Below, one piece after another: positions 53,001 through 63,095 of a stretch of 64,000 nucleotides of DNA. A program made the translations under genes and the position numbers. Within the stretch, counting starts at the first letter, position 1; each line of letters starts with the position of its first letter. The notes under the pieces are model-generated. The model was given only the letters and a program-made list of their open reading frames with translations, searched no databases and was not told the origin of the DNA. Origin of the DNA: Dimorphilus gyrociliatus (taxonomy: Eukaryota > Animalia > Annelida). The DNA lies in assembly GCA_904063045.1 (NCBI GenBank), contig CAJFCJ010000002.1, positions 124,001-188,000 on the forward strand, in the 5' to 3' direction.

Positions 53001-55011
53001 CGCCCAAGCTAGCGCTAACTTGTTTAGAAAGATGATGCTCCCAACTCAATGGCACAAGACTTATACTCAAATGCCACAAGACGTTAGAAATTTGTCAAGA
53101 AAAACCATCAGACTTGTATACAGAACTGTCAACGAATACATCCAAAAGTACTTGAAACCAGAATTGACCAAGTTCAACAGATATGAGCCAGAAGCTGGAG
53201 TTGTTTCTTTCCAAATTTACAGCCCATTTGAAATCATCGATCTTCACCATATGCCAAGAATCATGCCTAAAATCAGAGAATGGTTCGGAGATGTTAGCCA
53301 AAGTTTGTTGAGCGCTCTTCCAAAAGATAAGGTACCAGATTTCGGAGTTCTCTACGATATCTACTACAAATACAGACCAACTTCCATGAACCTAATCGAC
53401 TACATTCCACCATTCAAATCTCATGCCACAATTGGCAGACACGGAGTTATGACTTTCGATAAGAGATTCTACAACTTTGTTGGAACTTGTAAATACGTTT
53501 TGGCTAGAGATTTCTTGAACGGTAAATTCGCCGTCCTTGTTGATTACACCAAGAGAACCAACGAAAAGACCAATAAAATCATTAGCGTTATCACTGGACC
53601 AAACACTTTTGAAATTGAAGGTGAACAAGTTAGATTGAACGGAAGAAATGTTGATTTACCAATTGTTGAAGATGAAACCATGATCAGCCGCAAAGGAGGC
53701 ATGATTGTTGTCAATAACACTAACAGAGGATTGAGCGTTGAATGCGAACTTAGATTCGACAGATGCACCGTTTCCGTCTCTGGATGGTATTACGGTAAAA
53801 CTGCTGGTCTTATGGGAACCTATGACAATGAACCAGCCACCGACTTGTTGAAATCCGACAGACAACTTGCCGATGATGAACAAGAAATGGCTCAATCTTG
53901 GAGTGTAGGATCCAGATGCCAGAGAAGCACCGTTGATATCGATAACGACCGTGAAGTAACTGAAAAATGCAAGAAAATGTTCACCGAATACACCTCTCCA
54001 ATGAGAAAATGCTTCGGACAATTGAGCACTGAAAAATTCCAACAAATGTGCCAGATGACAAGAAACACTGAAGATATGTGCGCTATTGCCGAATTCTACA
54101 GAGCTGAATGTTCTAAGAAGAGAATCAACGTTAACTTGCCAAGAGAATGTATTAAATGCACCTCTGGCGAAAGATACAACTTGGAAAGAAACCAAGAAGC
54201 CGATGTTGTCTTTGTTGTTGAAAAATGCGATTACAACCAAAAAATCATTGATTCTTTGCCCAAGATCGCTAAACGTGTTGCAAGAGAATACAGCGGTATG
54301 GATGTTAAATTCGGTTTGGTAGGATTTGGAGGACAAGGACCCCACTATGGTGCCCAAACTCACACTGCCAATGGAGAAATTCTTACCAGCGTCAATGAAA
54401 TTCACAGATTCTTGAACAAGATCAATGAACACTATAGAACTGAAACTGAAAGCAGAGGAAACATTGTTGAAGCTGTTACTGAAGCTACTCGTAACTTCCC
54501 ATTCAGATCCGGATCAACCAAATCTGTTGTCTTCATTCCATGCGGAAGATGCTCTGCCTCCAGAGGAGATTTATTCGCCATCAACAGAATCCTTCACAGA
54601 CACGATGTTCATTTTCATATGTTGATCGATGAGCACTTCAAGGCCCCAAAAGGAGCTTTCCCAGCCAACATCTTCGGAGTTGACCACAACAGACTCTACA
54701 CCGACAAAATCGGAGCCCGATTCGAAAAATTGCATATCGACGACAGAAAGAACGTCAACGAACCATCTGATAGATGCATTGCTCTATCTGAACACAACGA
54801 AGGTGTCATCTTCAACGGAAAATTCTTGAAAGAATCCAGACCAAAAAAGATTAAGAGCTTCATCGATGAATTCGCCAAGGCTATCGTTAAAACTTCACCT
54901 GCCAGAGAATGTCAACAATGCCGCTGCAACCAAGACAACGGCATCAGCTTCAGCATTTGTGGAAGATGTACTCTCCCTAGCCATAGACCAATGCCCTGGT
55001 ACATTTTCTAA
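41098..55011 (+). CDS. Large lipid transfer protein (apolipophorin / apoB / vitellogenin superfamily), ~4,323 aa
   Basis: Exons 41098-41152 (signal peptide MGFSSPVIFAILLAAASA), 41671-41721, 42086-42492 and 42553-55011 join in phase: 12,972 nt, 4,323 aa plus stop. Vitellogenin_N features (GYKPGTVYEY, AKRAIISAFQ, GECPVTY, SLKGLGNMG, DSELRINAY, FVPRSASLNLT), a long beta-rich region, VWD (VMTFDKRFYNFVGTCKYVLARDF), a Cys-rich C8-like segment and a VWA-like C-terminus. Confidence 0.93.
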
Positions 55012-56056
55012 ATTCTTGGTAAGTCAATCAAACATTTAAAAATTTATTTTAACTAATAGAAGCCTTTTTCTTTTTATTGAAATTCAACAGAAAACAGAAG
55101 TGAAATTCTTAACATTGATAAAACGGAAACGAACTGAATTATGATTTCTTTAGCTTTAACCTATTTATACTTATTATAGTGTTTTAGCCTAGCAAAGTGT
55201 GGTGCTTTATTTATTTATTTCCGAAACCTTCTGTCGTTTAAAAAGATGATTTAATTTATTCAACGAAGTAAAAAAGACTTTATTTTTTCATTTTTACTTT
55301 TTCTTTGTCTTTTTCTCTTTTTAAAAAAAAATTTTTCATGTTCAAAATTCCTCAAACTTTTAAAAAACTCTTTTCTCTGCTTATTTTCGTATATTTATTT
55401 GTTTATCTTAAAAAAATACAAATTTGTGTTGTAAAGCTTGAAAAAAAAGACTTTTTTTTTTGTCCTTTTTTTTATTTTATGTAAACCAAAAGTTCTTTTT
55501 CAAAACGTTAACAAATTTTATTTTTTTTATGGGCTTAATTGATCGAAAATCGGTTTTCTTATTATATTTTTTATATATATCATTATAATTATTAATTATT
55601 TATATATTCAAATTTTTACTTATTAATTCTTATATATTCTTATAACTTTAGAAACAATTAACATATTAATACATTATTTTTTCTCCTTATTGCACCACAA
55701 TATATATATATATATATATAAAAATCTTGATAGAGAAACGCATAATAAAAATATAGGCCTAGACTTCTTAAGTTGAAAAATTCGCCATTTACAAATGTGT
55801 TTTTTTTTTTCTCTTTTCTTTTCTATATGTAAAACTTTATTAATAAAATACAACGTTTTATATTATTTAAATACAAGACTTAATTCTTTTAAATCAACTA
55901 TTGAATTTATTATTAGTATATTAAAGGGAAAAGAAAAACAGTTAATAAAGTAAACTTTGTTCATAGTTAATCAGCATTTAAGATGCTTTTAGAAAGGTTA
56001 AAAAGAGATGTAAAATAATCTCTCTCTCTCTCTTTCTTTCGCAGTATTTTCGCTCC

Positions 56057-56665
56057 TTAACGACGGAATAACATGTTGTATAGAGAACCGAGAACAACAC
56101 CCCCAGCTAGACCTACTGCACAGGCCTTAGGTGCCATTTTCTGATCCGGAGTGAACATGTACGAAGCTGCTGCCGTTGCTCCTGCTGCTCCAAGTAGAGA
56201 TACTCTATCAACATTAACTTGATTTGCGTTGTATCTGTAGAATACACGTATAAAGATTTCAGTCATTTGGCATTGCAAGTTTTATATAGCAACCTCAATC
56301 TATAGGCTCTGTCATATGCTCCTTCAGCTGACATATTCTTCATTGTCTGTGGTATTACTTGTTAATTTATTTCCTCTTATTATAAATTGTTATGCATAGA
56401 AACTAACCAACATGGAAAGGACTGGTCCAAATAGAGCTCCACCAACTGCTCCCATTTGACAGCACTTCATGGCCATTTCTTTCTTATCTTTTCCTTGAGT
56501 AAGACCAAGGATTGGGCCCACAGCGCCCAAACCCAAAAGAGCGAACGCCTGAGTTGTCTTCAGGGTAATATGTAATCCTAACTCTAGGTAAGGATGAGGA
56601 ATTTCTCTCATTTTCTCCTCCTCTATGGTTCCCCCCGCAAGGTTAATCAAGTAGTACTTGGACAT
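56057..56665 (-). CDS. Small glycine-rich membrane protein, DUF1757-like, paralog A (162 aa, 3 exons)
   Basis: Exons 56665-56408, 56346-56294 and 56234-56057 join in frame. Shares HP..EL..HITLKT.Q and YDRAYRLR.N..QV.VD with the neighbouring gene. The family name is from memory. Confidence 0.75.
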
Positions 56666-56965
56666 TTTCTGTGCAGGTAAATTTCTAAGCGTCAAATTAA
56701 GAGCTACAGTCTAAATTATATTTATTCAGTAAGGTAATATCGCTCAATACATGATGTTAAAAGAAAAAACAAGTTTTTATTGAGTTGTAAGGTAGACATT
56801 TAAAAAAGTCTATCCCGATCACTTACGTTACTAGATATTTTCAGACTTGTAGATTGTTTGCAAGAACTCACAAAGTCACGTGATCGCACAGCAGACGATA
56901 ACCTATATGACACAAATCTCTCGTACCGGAAACTATACTTTATCTGACTTTCAAAGACTTTCAAA

Positions 56966-57460
56966 ATGAAAAACTATTTTCTAAATAATTTGGGATTCAA
57001 TCTTAACGATGAGGAAATGGCCGATATATCACATCCAAAGGCAGAATTAATAACCCACATTACTCTGAAAACATCCCAGTTGTTTTCAATTGTTGGTACT
57101 TTAATATTTCACCCGGTGAGACAAATGGTAAAGAAAGACCTTTGCCCAAGAAACTTTGTAATTAAAGGAGCTAGAACAGGTGCAAAAGGTGCTGCTATTG
57201 GGGCCGTAGCAGGAACGATTCTCTCACTAGTAGTGATTGAAAAGAAGAAACTTGAGCATGACGGACTTTACGATAGGGCCTATCGTTTACGGCATAATCG
57301 CGGTCAAGTTCTTGTCGATCAGGCTTCGGTTGGCCTAGCGACTGTTGGAGCCATAGGAGGCACTGTAATGGGTAAAGGTATGGTAGTACCTGGTGTTTGG
57401 GGCTTAGTTGGAGGTGTATGCGGCGCAGCTGCATACAATAATTTCATACGTAAAAAGTAA
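56966..57460 (+). CDS. Small glycine-rich membrane protein, DUF1757-like, paralog B (164 aa, intronless)
   Basis: Single ORF with the same conserved motifs and glycine-zipper helices as paralog A. Confidence 0.8.
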   Translation: MKNYFLNNLGFNLNDEEMADISHPKAELITHITLKTSQLFSIVGTLIFHPVRQMVKKDLCPRNFVIKGARTGAKGAAIGAVAGTILSLVVIEKKKLEHDGLYDRAYRLRHNRGQVLVDQASVGLATVGAIGGTVMGKGMVVPGVWGLVGGVCGAAAYNNFIRKK

Positions 57461-57546
57461 TTTTCTGCTTTTTCTTTTCAACAAATAAATGAAACAAATA
57501 TGACGCAAAATAAAATAATTACAAACAAAGTTTCTTCTCTTGTTCT

Positions 57547-59487
57547 TTAAATCTTTAGAATTTTCATCTGTTCATAAAAAATAAAACAGATAATCTTTTA
57601 ATATCGAGAAAATCAAGTATCAATCTCTCTTTCTTTACCTCTAGAAATGTTAAAGGCAGTAATTGATTTTTGGATAATCTTAATCGGAAATATTTTATAG
57701 GACCATAGTTTTCCAGATTATCCTTTTCTATATGGCTTCCAAAGCTGATTTCTTGTGCTATAACATAATCCTTATTTCGCTAATGAACGTATTTTAAGAA
57801 GAAAGAGTATTCCGTTTACTAATAAAAAACTTGAATAATTGGAAAAATAATACCTGTTTTAACTCTATAACAGCATTATTAATTTGTTCAAACTTCAATT
57901 CATATCTAAATCGTAGAGGATATTAAGAATTTTAATAATACATTCTGTACAGCGTTTACTTGGATAGGATAATATCCTCATCAAATTTAATGATGATCAT
58001 ATCCCTGCTTGTCGGTGGTGTTAAAGTTTTAATTTTATAGTTTCCTTTTAAATACAAATGGGGGAATTTATTTCCTATAAAGTGAAACGTGTTTATAATT
58101 ATTCCCTGAGGATTAATTCTGCTCTTCTTTCCAAAATGCACTTCCTGTGAGAGAATACGCTTTTAATACTAAGATAAAAATCTTTATAAGTAGTTTTCCA
58201 CCTTTAATTTCTGCTTTTTCCCTTTTAAAGATGAAAATAACCCAACATGTTGAAATAACGGAGTTGGATAATACGTTATTGAAGTATGCTCTATTTCGTT
58301 ATTGCATTGTTTCTGTTTCAATGATTTTTAGTAGCAGTAGTTTATAATTTACAGACATTTTATAAATTTACAATTAACGCCTGACTTTCGGTTGGTGAAC
58401 AAGTGTGTGATACCAAAAAATAGTATAAAAGCCAATCAATTGGTTTATCTTTATAAAACATGGCAACAAATTGGATAAAAATCGGAAAAGTATCAAATTT
58501 GAAAAATTTTCCTGAGTAAATAAAATAATGAACTAATAGTAGTAACATTATCCTATATTATAACTACTTTACTTACCAATTAAGCCTAAATTTGAGAAAT
58601 TTATTACAACCCATTGAGAGTTTTCGCTTTCCAAGAAGGAGACATAGTCTAAGATCTTTTCTATAAAGTTCGTTTCAACAATTATATCATCTTCTAATTG
58701 CAAATAGTACTTTCCATTTAAATTAAGTGAATATAGCATTAAATATATCAAATCGATATTTTGTTTTGTTCTCCACCTGAAAAACATACAGTTTACATCA
58801 GAGTTAATTATGCTATTCAATAACTTTGTTCTTTCATAATCGTCATTTCCTATGAAGAATAGCTCTTCTTTAGAGAGACTAGGATAGAAATCTTTAGGGG
58901 GTATGATAAAATCTAGAATTCCTGCTTGATAAAATGACATAAATCTGTGAAAATATTCATAAAAGAAAAATAGGAGTATTATATCATATCTTTAAGAAAT
59001 CAATTTAATAACTTTTTCGATAGCAATGCCACTATTGTCTGTGTAAAACTAGTATCCAATGGCTAATTTCAAGAAAATTATATAGTTTTTAGAATTATAA
59101 TCATTGATTCTGAAATACCTCTGCTATCATTACCACAACTATTACATTTGACTGGCTTGCACTTGTATTTAATTGAGTAAATATAGAATTTAATGTTTCA
59201 GCAAGATACGAAGTTTTTCTTTTAATAGTTGGTACACCAATAATCACATCTAAAATTTATAATCTTTCATTTATTAAAGCCCATAGCTTATGTATAAATT
59301 ATTTAACTGTTACTTACCGAATTTGCGTGATGGCGTTTTATCATTTAACTTATTTGAACTTAGGAAATATTGTCTCAGTGGAAATTTCAAGTGCGGTAAA
59401 TAGCGGAAGAAATTACTGGAACTGGAATCCCAAGATTCCAATGTATATAGTGAACTATTTAATCTATATAAAAAAAAGAATATGTAC

Positions 59488-59529
<42 letters not shown>

Positions 59530-60598
59530 AAGCCACTAGGTTACAGATCTCTTGCTACTATACAATAAATGACAAACAAACATTTATTGATTGTTTAAGG
59601 CAAATTTTAGCTGTTCGAGAAATATGCGCTTCTTAATATATGATAATTCAAAACACGTGTTGTCTTATCGATGACAATTTATCTACTAAACTGGTTTAGT
59701 TTGTCAAACTGTGGTCAACAATACTAATGATTGATAAATGTATTTAAGATAAATAGACAAGAAGCTTAGGATAAGTTATCAGTGTCACATGTCTATATTA
59801 GGTATGATATAGAATATACACCTCAAAATGTATAGGATAGTATTGCCTTGGTATTCTAAAATATTGGCCTTAAAGCTAAGGCTTTGTGCAGCAAGAGGTT
59901 AGATAAAATAACTTTCGTTATTAAAACAGATTTATAACACGACTATATTGGTAGCTAAGACCATCATAATCAGCTATGAATTATAATAGTAATTTAAAGA
60001 ATAGAAGAATATATTGCGGTACTAATAGAAAGTGAATTTAATGATAAGAATTATCTATCATACTATAAACGATTCAGCCTATTAAAAAACTTGCAAATAA
60101 AAGGCTTACTCACTTGAAATAATGTTGAATAAAATTTAAGAATTCCAATTGTACTCCTTGAAATATTCCTCTTCTTCTGTTTATTATTTTTCTAACATTT
60201 TCATATCTTTCTTCCAATTCTAATAATTCTCGACCTACAAAACAAATATAATAAACAATTTTATTTACCTTTTATTCTATATTCTATAAATCAATAACCT
60301 AAAACTTTCATATATCATATTTATTACTATAAATAAGTTTACTGAAATGCTATTCGTATACTTATCTTTTGTTTAAAATGAATGACAATGACTTTAAAAG
60401 GAGTATTGAAAGTTGAAATACATTACCTAATTTCGAATCTTTTAGATTGTTTGCTAAATGATTTTCATTTAAGCTGGTTGTTTCTTTCAAATTGATAAAA
60501 TCGCATAAAATAAAAATTTGATAGGATAAAAAGCATAATACAAATAATCCAAAAATATTTATTCTACATTTTCTAACTGCTCTCATATATAACTTCAT
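57547..60598 (-). CDS. MGAT4: Alpha-1,3-mannosyl-glycoprotein 4-beta-GlcNAc transferase (GnT-IV/MGAT4-like)
   Basis: Type II TM N-terminus, IIGVPTIKRK.SYL..TL, WRTKQNIDL, YYLQLEDD, FSNLGLIGK, FYKDKPIDWLL, LFQHVGLFSSLKGK. Multi-exon; last exon MKILKI*. Confidence 0.88.
59493..59522. repeat. (TA)n microsatellite in an MGAT4 intron
   Basis: Uninterrupted TA run. Similar shorter runs occur near 4537-4552, 29085-29103, 35344-35360, 41178-41208 and 55701-55720. Confidence 0.85.
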
Positions 60599-60848
60599 TC
60601 TAGTAAACGATTGAAGTATTTAGAGGCAGTAAATAGTCTGGAACGTATTCCCCGTCAAGTAATTTTTATTAAGAAATTTTTGAAAGAGTACCACATTACC
60701 GCCATAAACATCCGGGAAGTTGCCACGACATCCACGTAACATTTCGGCAAGACAGATTTGTTTGAAAGAGAGTTAAATAGAATTTTAAAAAATTCAAATT
60801 TCATCAAGATTAAAATTACTTGATTTTTTTGAATCTCTGGCTTAAAAA

Positions 60849-61736
60849 ATGGTTCGAATTCCCATTATACTACTTATGCTTTTCGCATACAAAGTGTCTG
60901 CTTCTGAATTAACGTTTGAACTACCGGATAATGCTGTACAGTGTTTTCACGAAATTATTAAGAAAGGAACAAAAGCAACCATTGAGTACCAGGTAATATT
61001 ACAGGTAATCATAATAATTTTTATCATATTTGACTATTATTACTTCACAGGTTGTTACCGGTGGTAATTATGATGTCGATTTAGAAGTAAAAGGCCCAGG
61101 AGGTAAAATTTTGTACAAGGAACAAAAGAAGCAATATGATACATTCAACGTATGTATTTACACGTCAGAACAAATATATAATATATCAATATGTATTTAC
61201 AAAATGCTGTTACAAATACCTTTAGTGGGCAGCTGATGAAGATGGTGAACATGTGTTTTGCTTTAGTAATGAATTTTCAACTTTCACTCATAAAGTAGTA
61301 TATATGGATTTAATGGTTGGAGAAGAAAAACCCTTAACGAAGGGTATGGAAAGCCATCATACAGCTTTAACGCAGGTAAACCGAATCAATCTTCCTCCTG
61401 ATCCTTTCAAATAATCTCACAAATTATTCTATCAGATGGAAACGTCTGCAGTATCTGTACATGAAGCTTTGAAGAGTATAAGAGACTTTCAAACTCATCA
61501 TCGCTTGAGAGAAGCTCAAGGAAGAGTATACGCAGAAGAACTAAACGAAAAAGTTCAGGTATTACATTTAAATATCTTTACTTTCGATTATACACATATT
61601 CTACAAAAACCCTTTATTTTCTCTTCAGTTCTGGTCGATAGGAGAATCCATAATAGTTTTGATAGTCGGCATAGGTCAAATTATAGTTTTGAAGAGTTTT
61701 TTCACCGATAAACGCCCAACGACTCTAAGTACATAG
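60849..61736 (+). CDS. TMED7: p24 gamma family cargo receptor TMED7/TMED3-like
   Basis: Signal peptide, [52 protein letters not shown] segment and tail [14 protein letters not shown]. Confidence 0.92.
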
Positions 61737-62100
61737 AATATAAATGGCGAAAAAAAGAACATTTACTCAAAAAAAAAATTCAATCAAATTCATTTTGTTG
61801 ATAATAATTAGAAGCATGCTCATAATGACCTTACTTTATTATTTTTTTTTCCAACTAATTATAAACTTTTTTGAGAATTACATCTCTCTTCCGTGAGCTT
61901 GCTGTTTTGAAAAATAACATAATTATTAATTTTTTTTTTCGTTATTGAACAATTTATTGCATTATTCACGAATTTAGGATAAAGTTCATAGGTTAAATGA
62001 AGAAAAATATATATATATAAGTATAATCAAATATCTTATATAATATAAACTATATATATTAGTATATATATTGAATTATTGATATTTGTTTTCTTAATCG

Positions 62101-62931
62101 TTAAAGTTTTGATGGGGACATGTGTTTTTTCAAGAAATTAACAGTTGTATAACAAAACCAATCGTTGACATGTTTAAGATTATGGCGGCTTACTTCTATT
62201 ACAGGTCCAAATTTAACATATTTTTTTCTTTGATAAATAGCTATTGCCGATATAAGTCCAATATGTCCAACTGCACCAGATATTTTATACAATTTATTCT
62301 TATGTGTCCATTTGAAATTATGATAAAAAACTTTCTGATCATAAAAGTAATCTACCTCAGTTATTGAATGACTACTATCTAGTTGATCTACGAATTCGTA
62401 CAGCGGAATATAGAAATAATCTTCAACTTCTTCGTTTATTACGGGAGTAAAGTTATCCGGAACTAAACCAAATATTGACCAGGAAAGATAAAAATGCGTC
62501 TGCTTGTTTGTGCTAAATATCATTGGGAGAGGCTTAGCTCCACCAATAATATCAAAGTCTTCCATTGGCAAACCGATCTCTTCGTAGGCTTCTCTCTTTG
62601 CTGCCTCAATCTCGGTTTCGCCATCATCAATCATTCCACCAGCAGGTACAACCCAACCCTTTGACAAGGTTACACTCGATGAACGAATTGTACATAACAT
62701 ATGAGGATGGCCTTCAATCATCTTTATTAAAATTGCGTAACAGGAAGAGTTGGCCAAACCTCTTAGAGCTTTGCCTTTCTCGCCAGCTAAAGTAAACTCC
62801 TCACATTGGAAGTTATCTCTTAGAACTCTTCGTATATAATCTTTTGTAACAGTTGGGTGAAAATATCTCTTTTGAGTTACGAAAGTAGACATTATTCTTC
62901 TAGGTAATAACAGTGAGCGAGATCGAAACAT
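62101..62931 (-). CDS. Nudix hydrolase, CoA-diphosphatase (NUDT7/NUDT8)-like, intronless CDS
   Basis: Perfect Nudix box GGMIDDGETEIEAAKREAYEEIGL, an upstream degenerate CoA motif, a basic N-terminal presequence and C-terminal SKL. Confidence 0.85.
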   Translation of the reverse strand: MFRSRSLLLPRRIMSTFVTQKRYFHPTVTKDYIRRVLRDNFQCEEFTLAGEKGKALRGLANSSCYAILIKMIEGHPHMLCTIRSSSVTLSKGWVVPAGGMIDDGETEIEAAKREAYEEIGLPMEDFDIIGGAKPLPMIFSTNKQTHFYLSWSIFGLVPDNFTPVINEEVEDYFYIPLYEFVDQLDSSHSITEVDYFYDQKVFYHNFKWTHKNKLYKISGAVGHIGLISAIAIYQRKKYVKFGPVIEVSRHNLKHVNDWFCYTTVNFLKKHMSPSKL

Positions 62932-62976
62932 GCCCTATAAAATACTCTCTCCTAGCAGACGAAAATAATTAACAAA

Positions 62977-62991
62977 CACCAGGTGGCGCTG
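62977..62991 (+). promoter_or_regulatory. CTCF-type motif between the divergent Nudix and Mos genes
   Basis: CACCAGGTGGCGCTG closely matches the CTCF core consensus CCASYAGRKGGCR. Confidence 0.6.
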
Positions 62992-63095
62992 TCATTTTGA
63001 AAAGTACTCTTAGTTCAAAAAGTGAGTTAATGTTCATAAACAAATTTTTAAATAAATTAACAACTGAAAAGGAAGCGTTTATAGATTTTTAAAGA

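Noticed and set aside
42241-54878. Dozens of antisense and alternate-frame ORFs over the lipid-transfer gene
   Set aside because: They are shadows of a long, codon-biased sense ORF, with no coherent protein motifs or splice structure.
58370-58385. Possible GC donor in MGAT4 (CAG|GCGTTA)
   Set aside because: A normal in-frame GTAAAT donor lies 9 nt further on.
22124-62931. Co-occurrence of a CoA carrier (SLC25A42) and a CoA-type Nudix, and of TUT4/7 with a miRNA
   Set aside because: They are separated by unrelated genes; there is no evidence of functional clustering.
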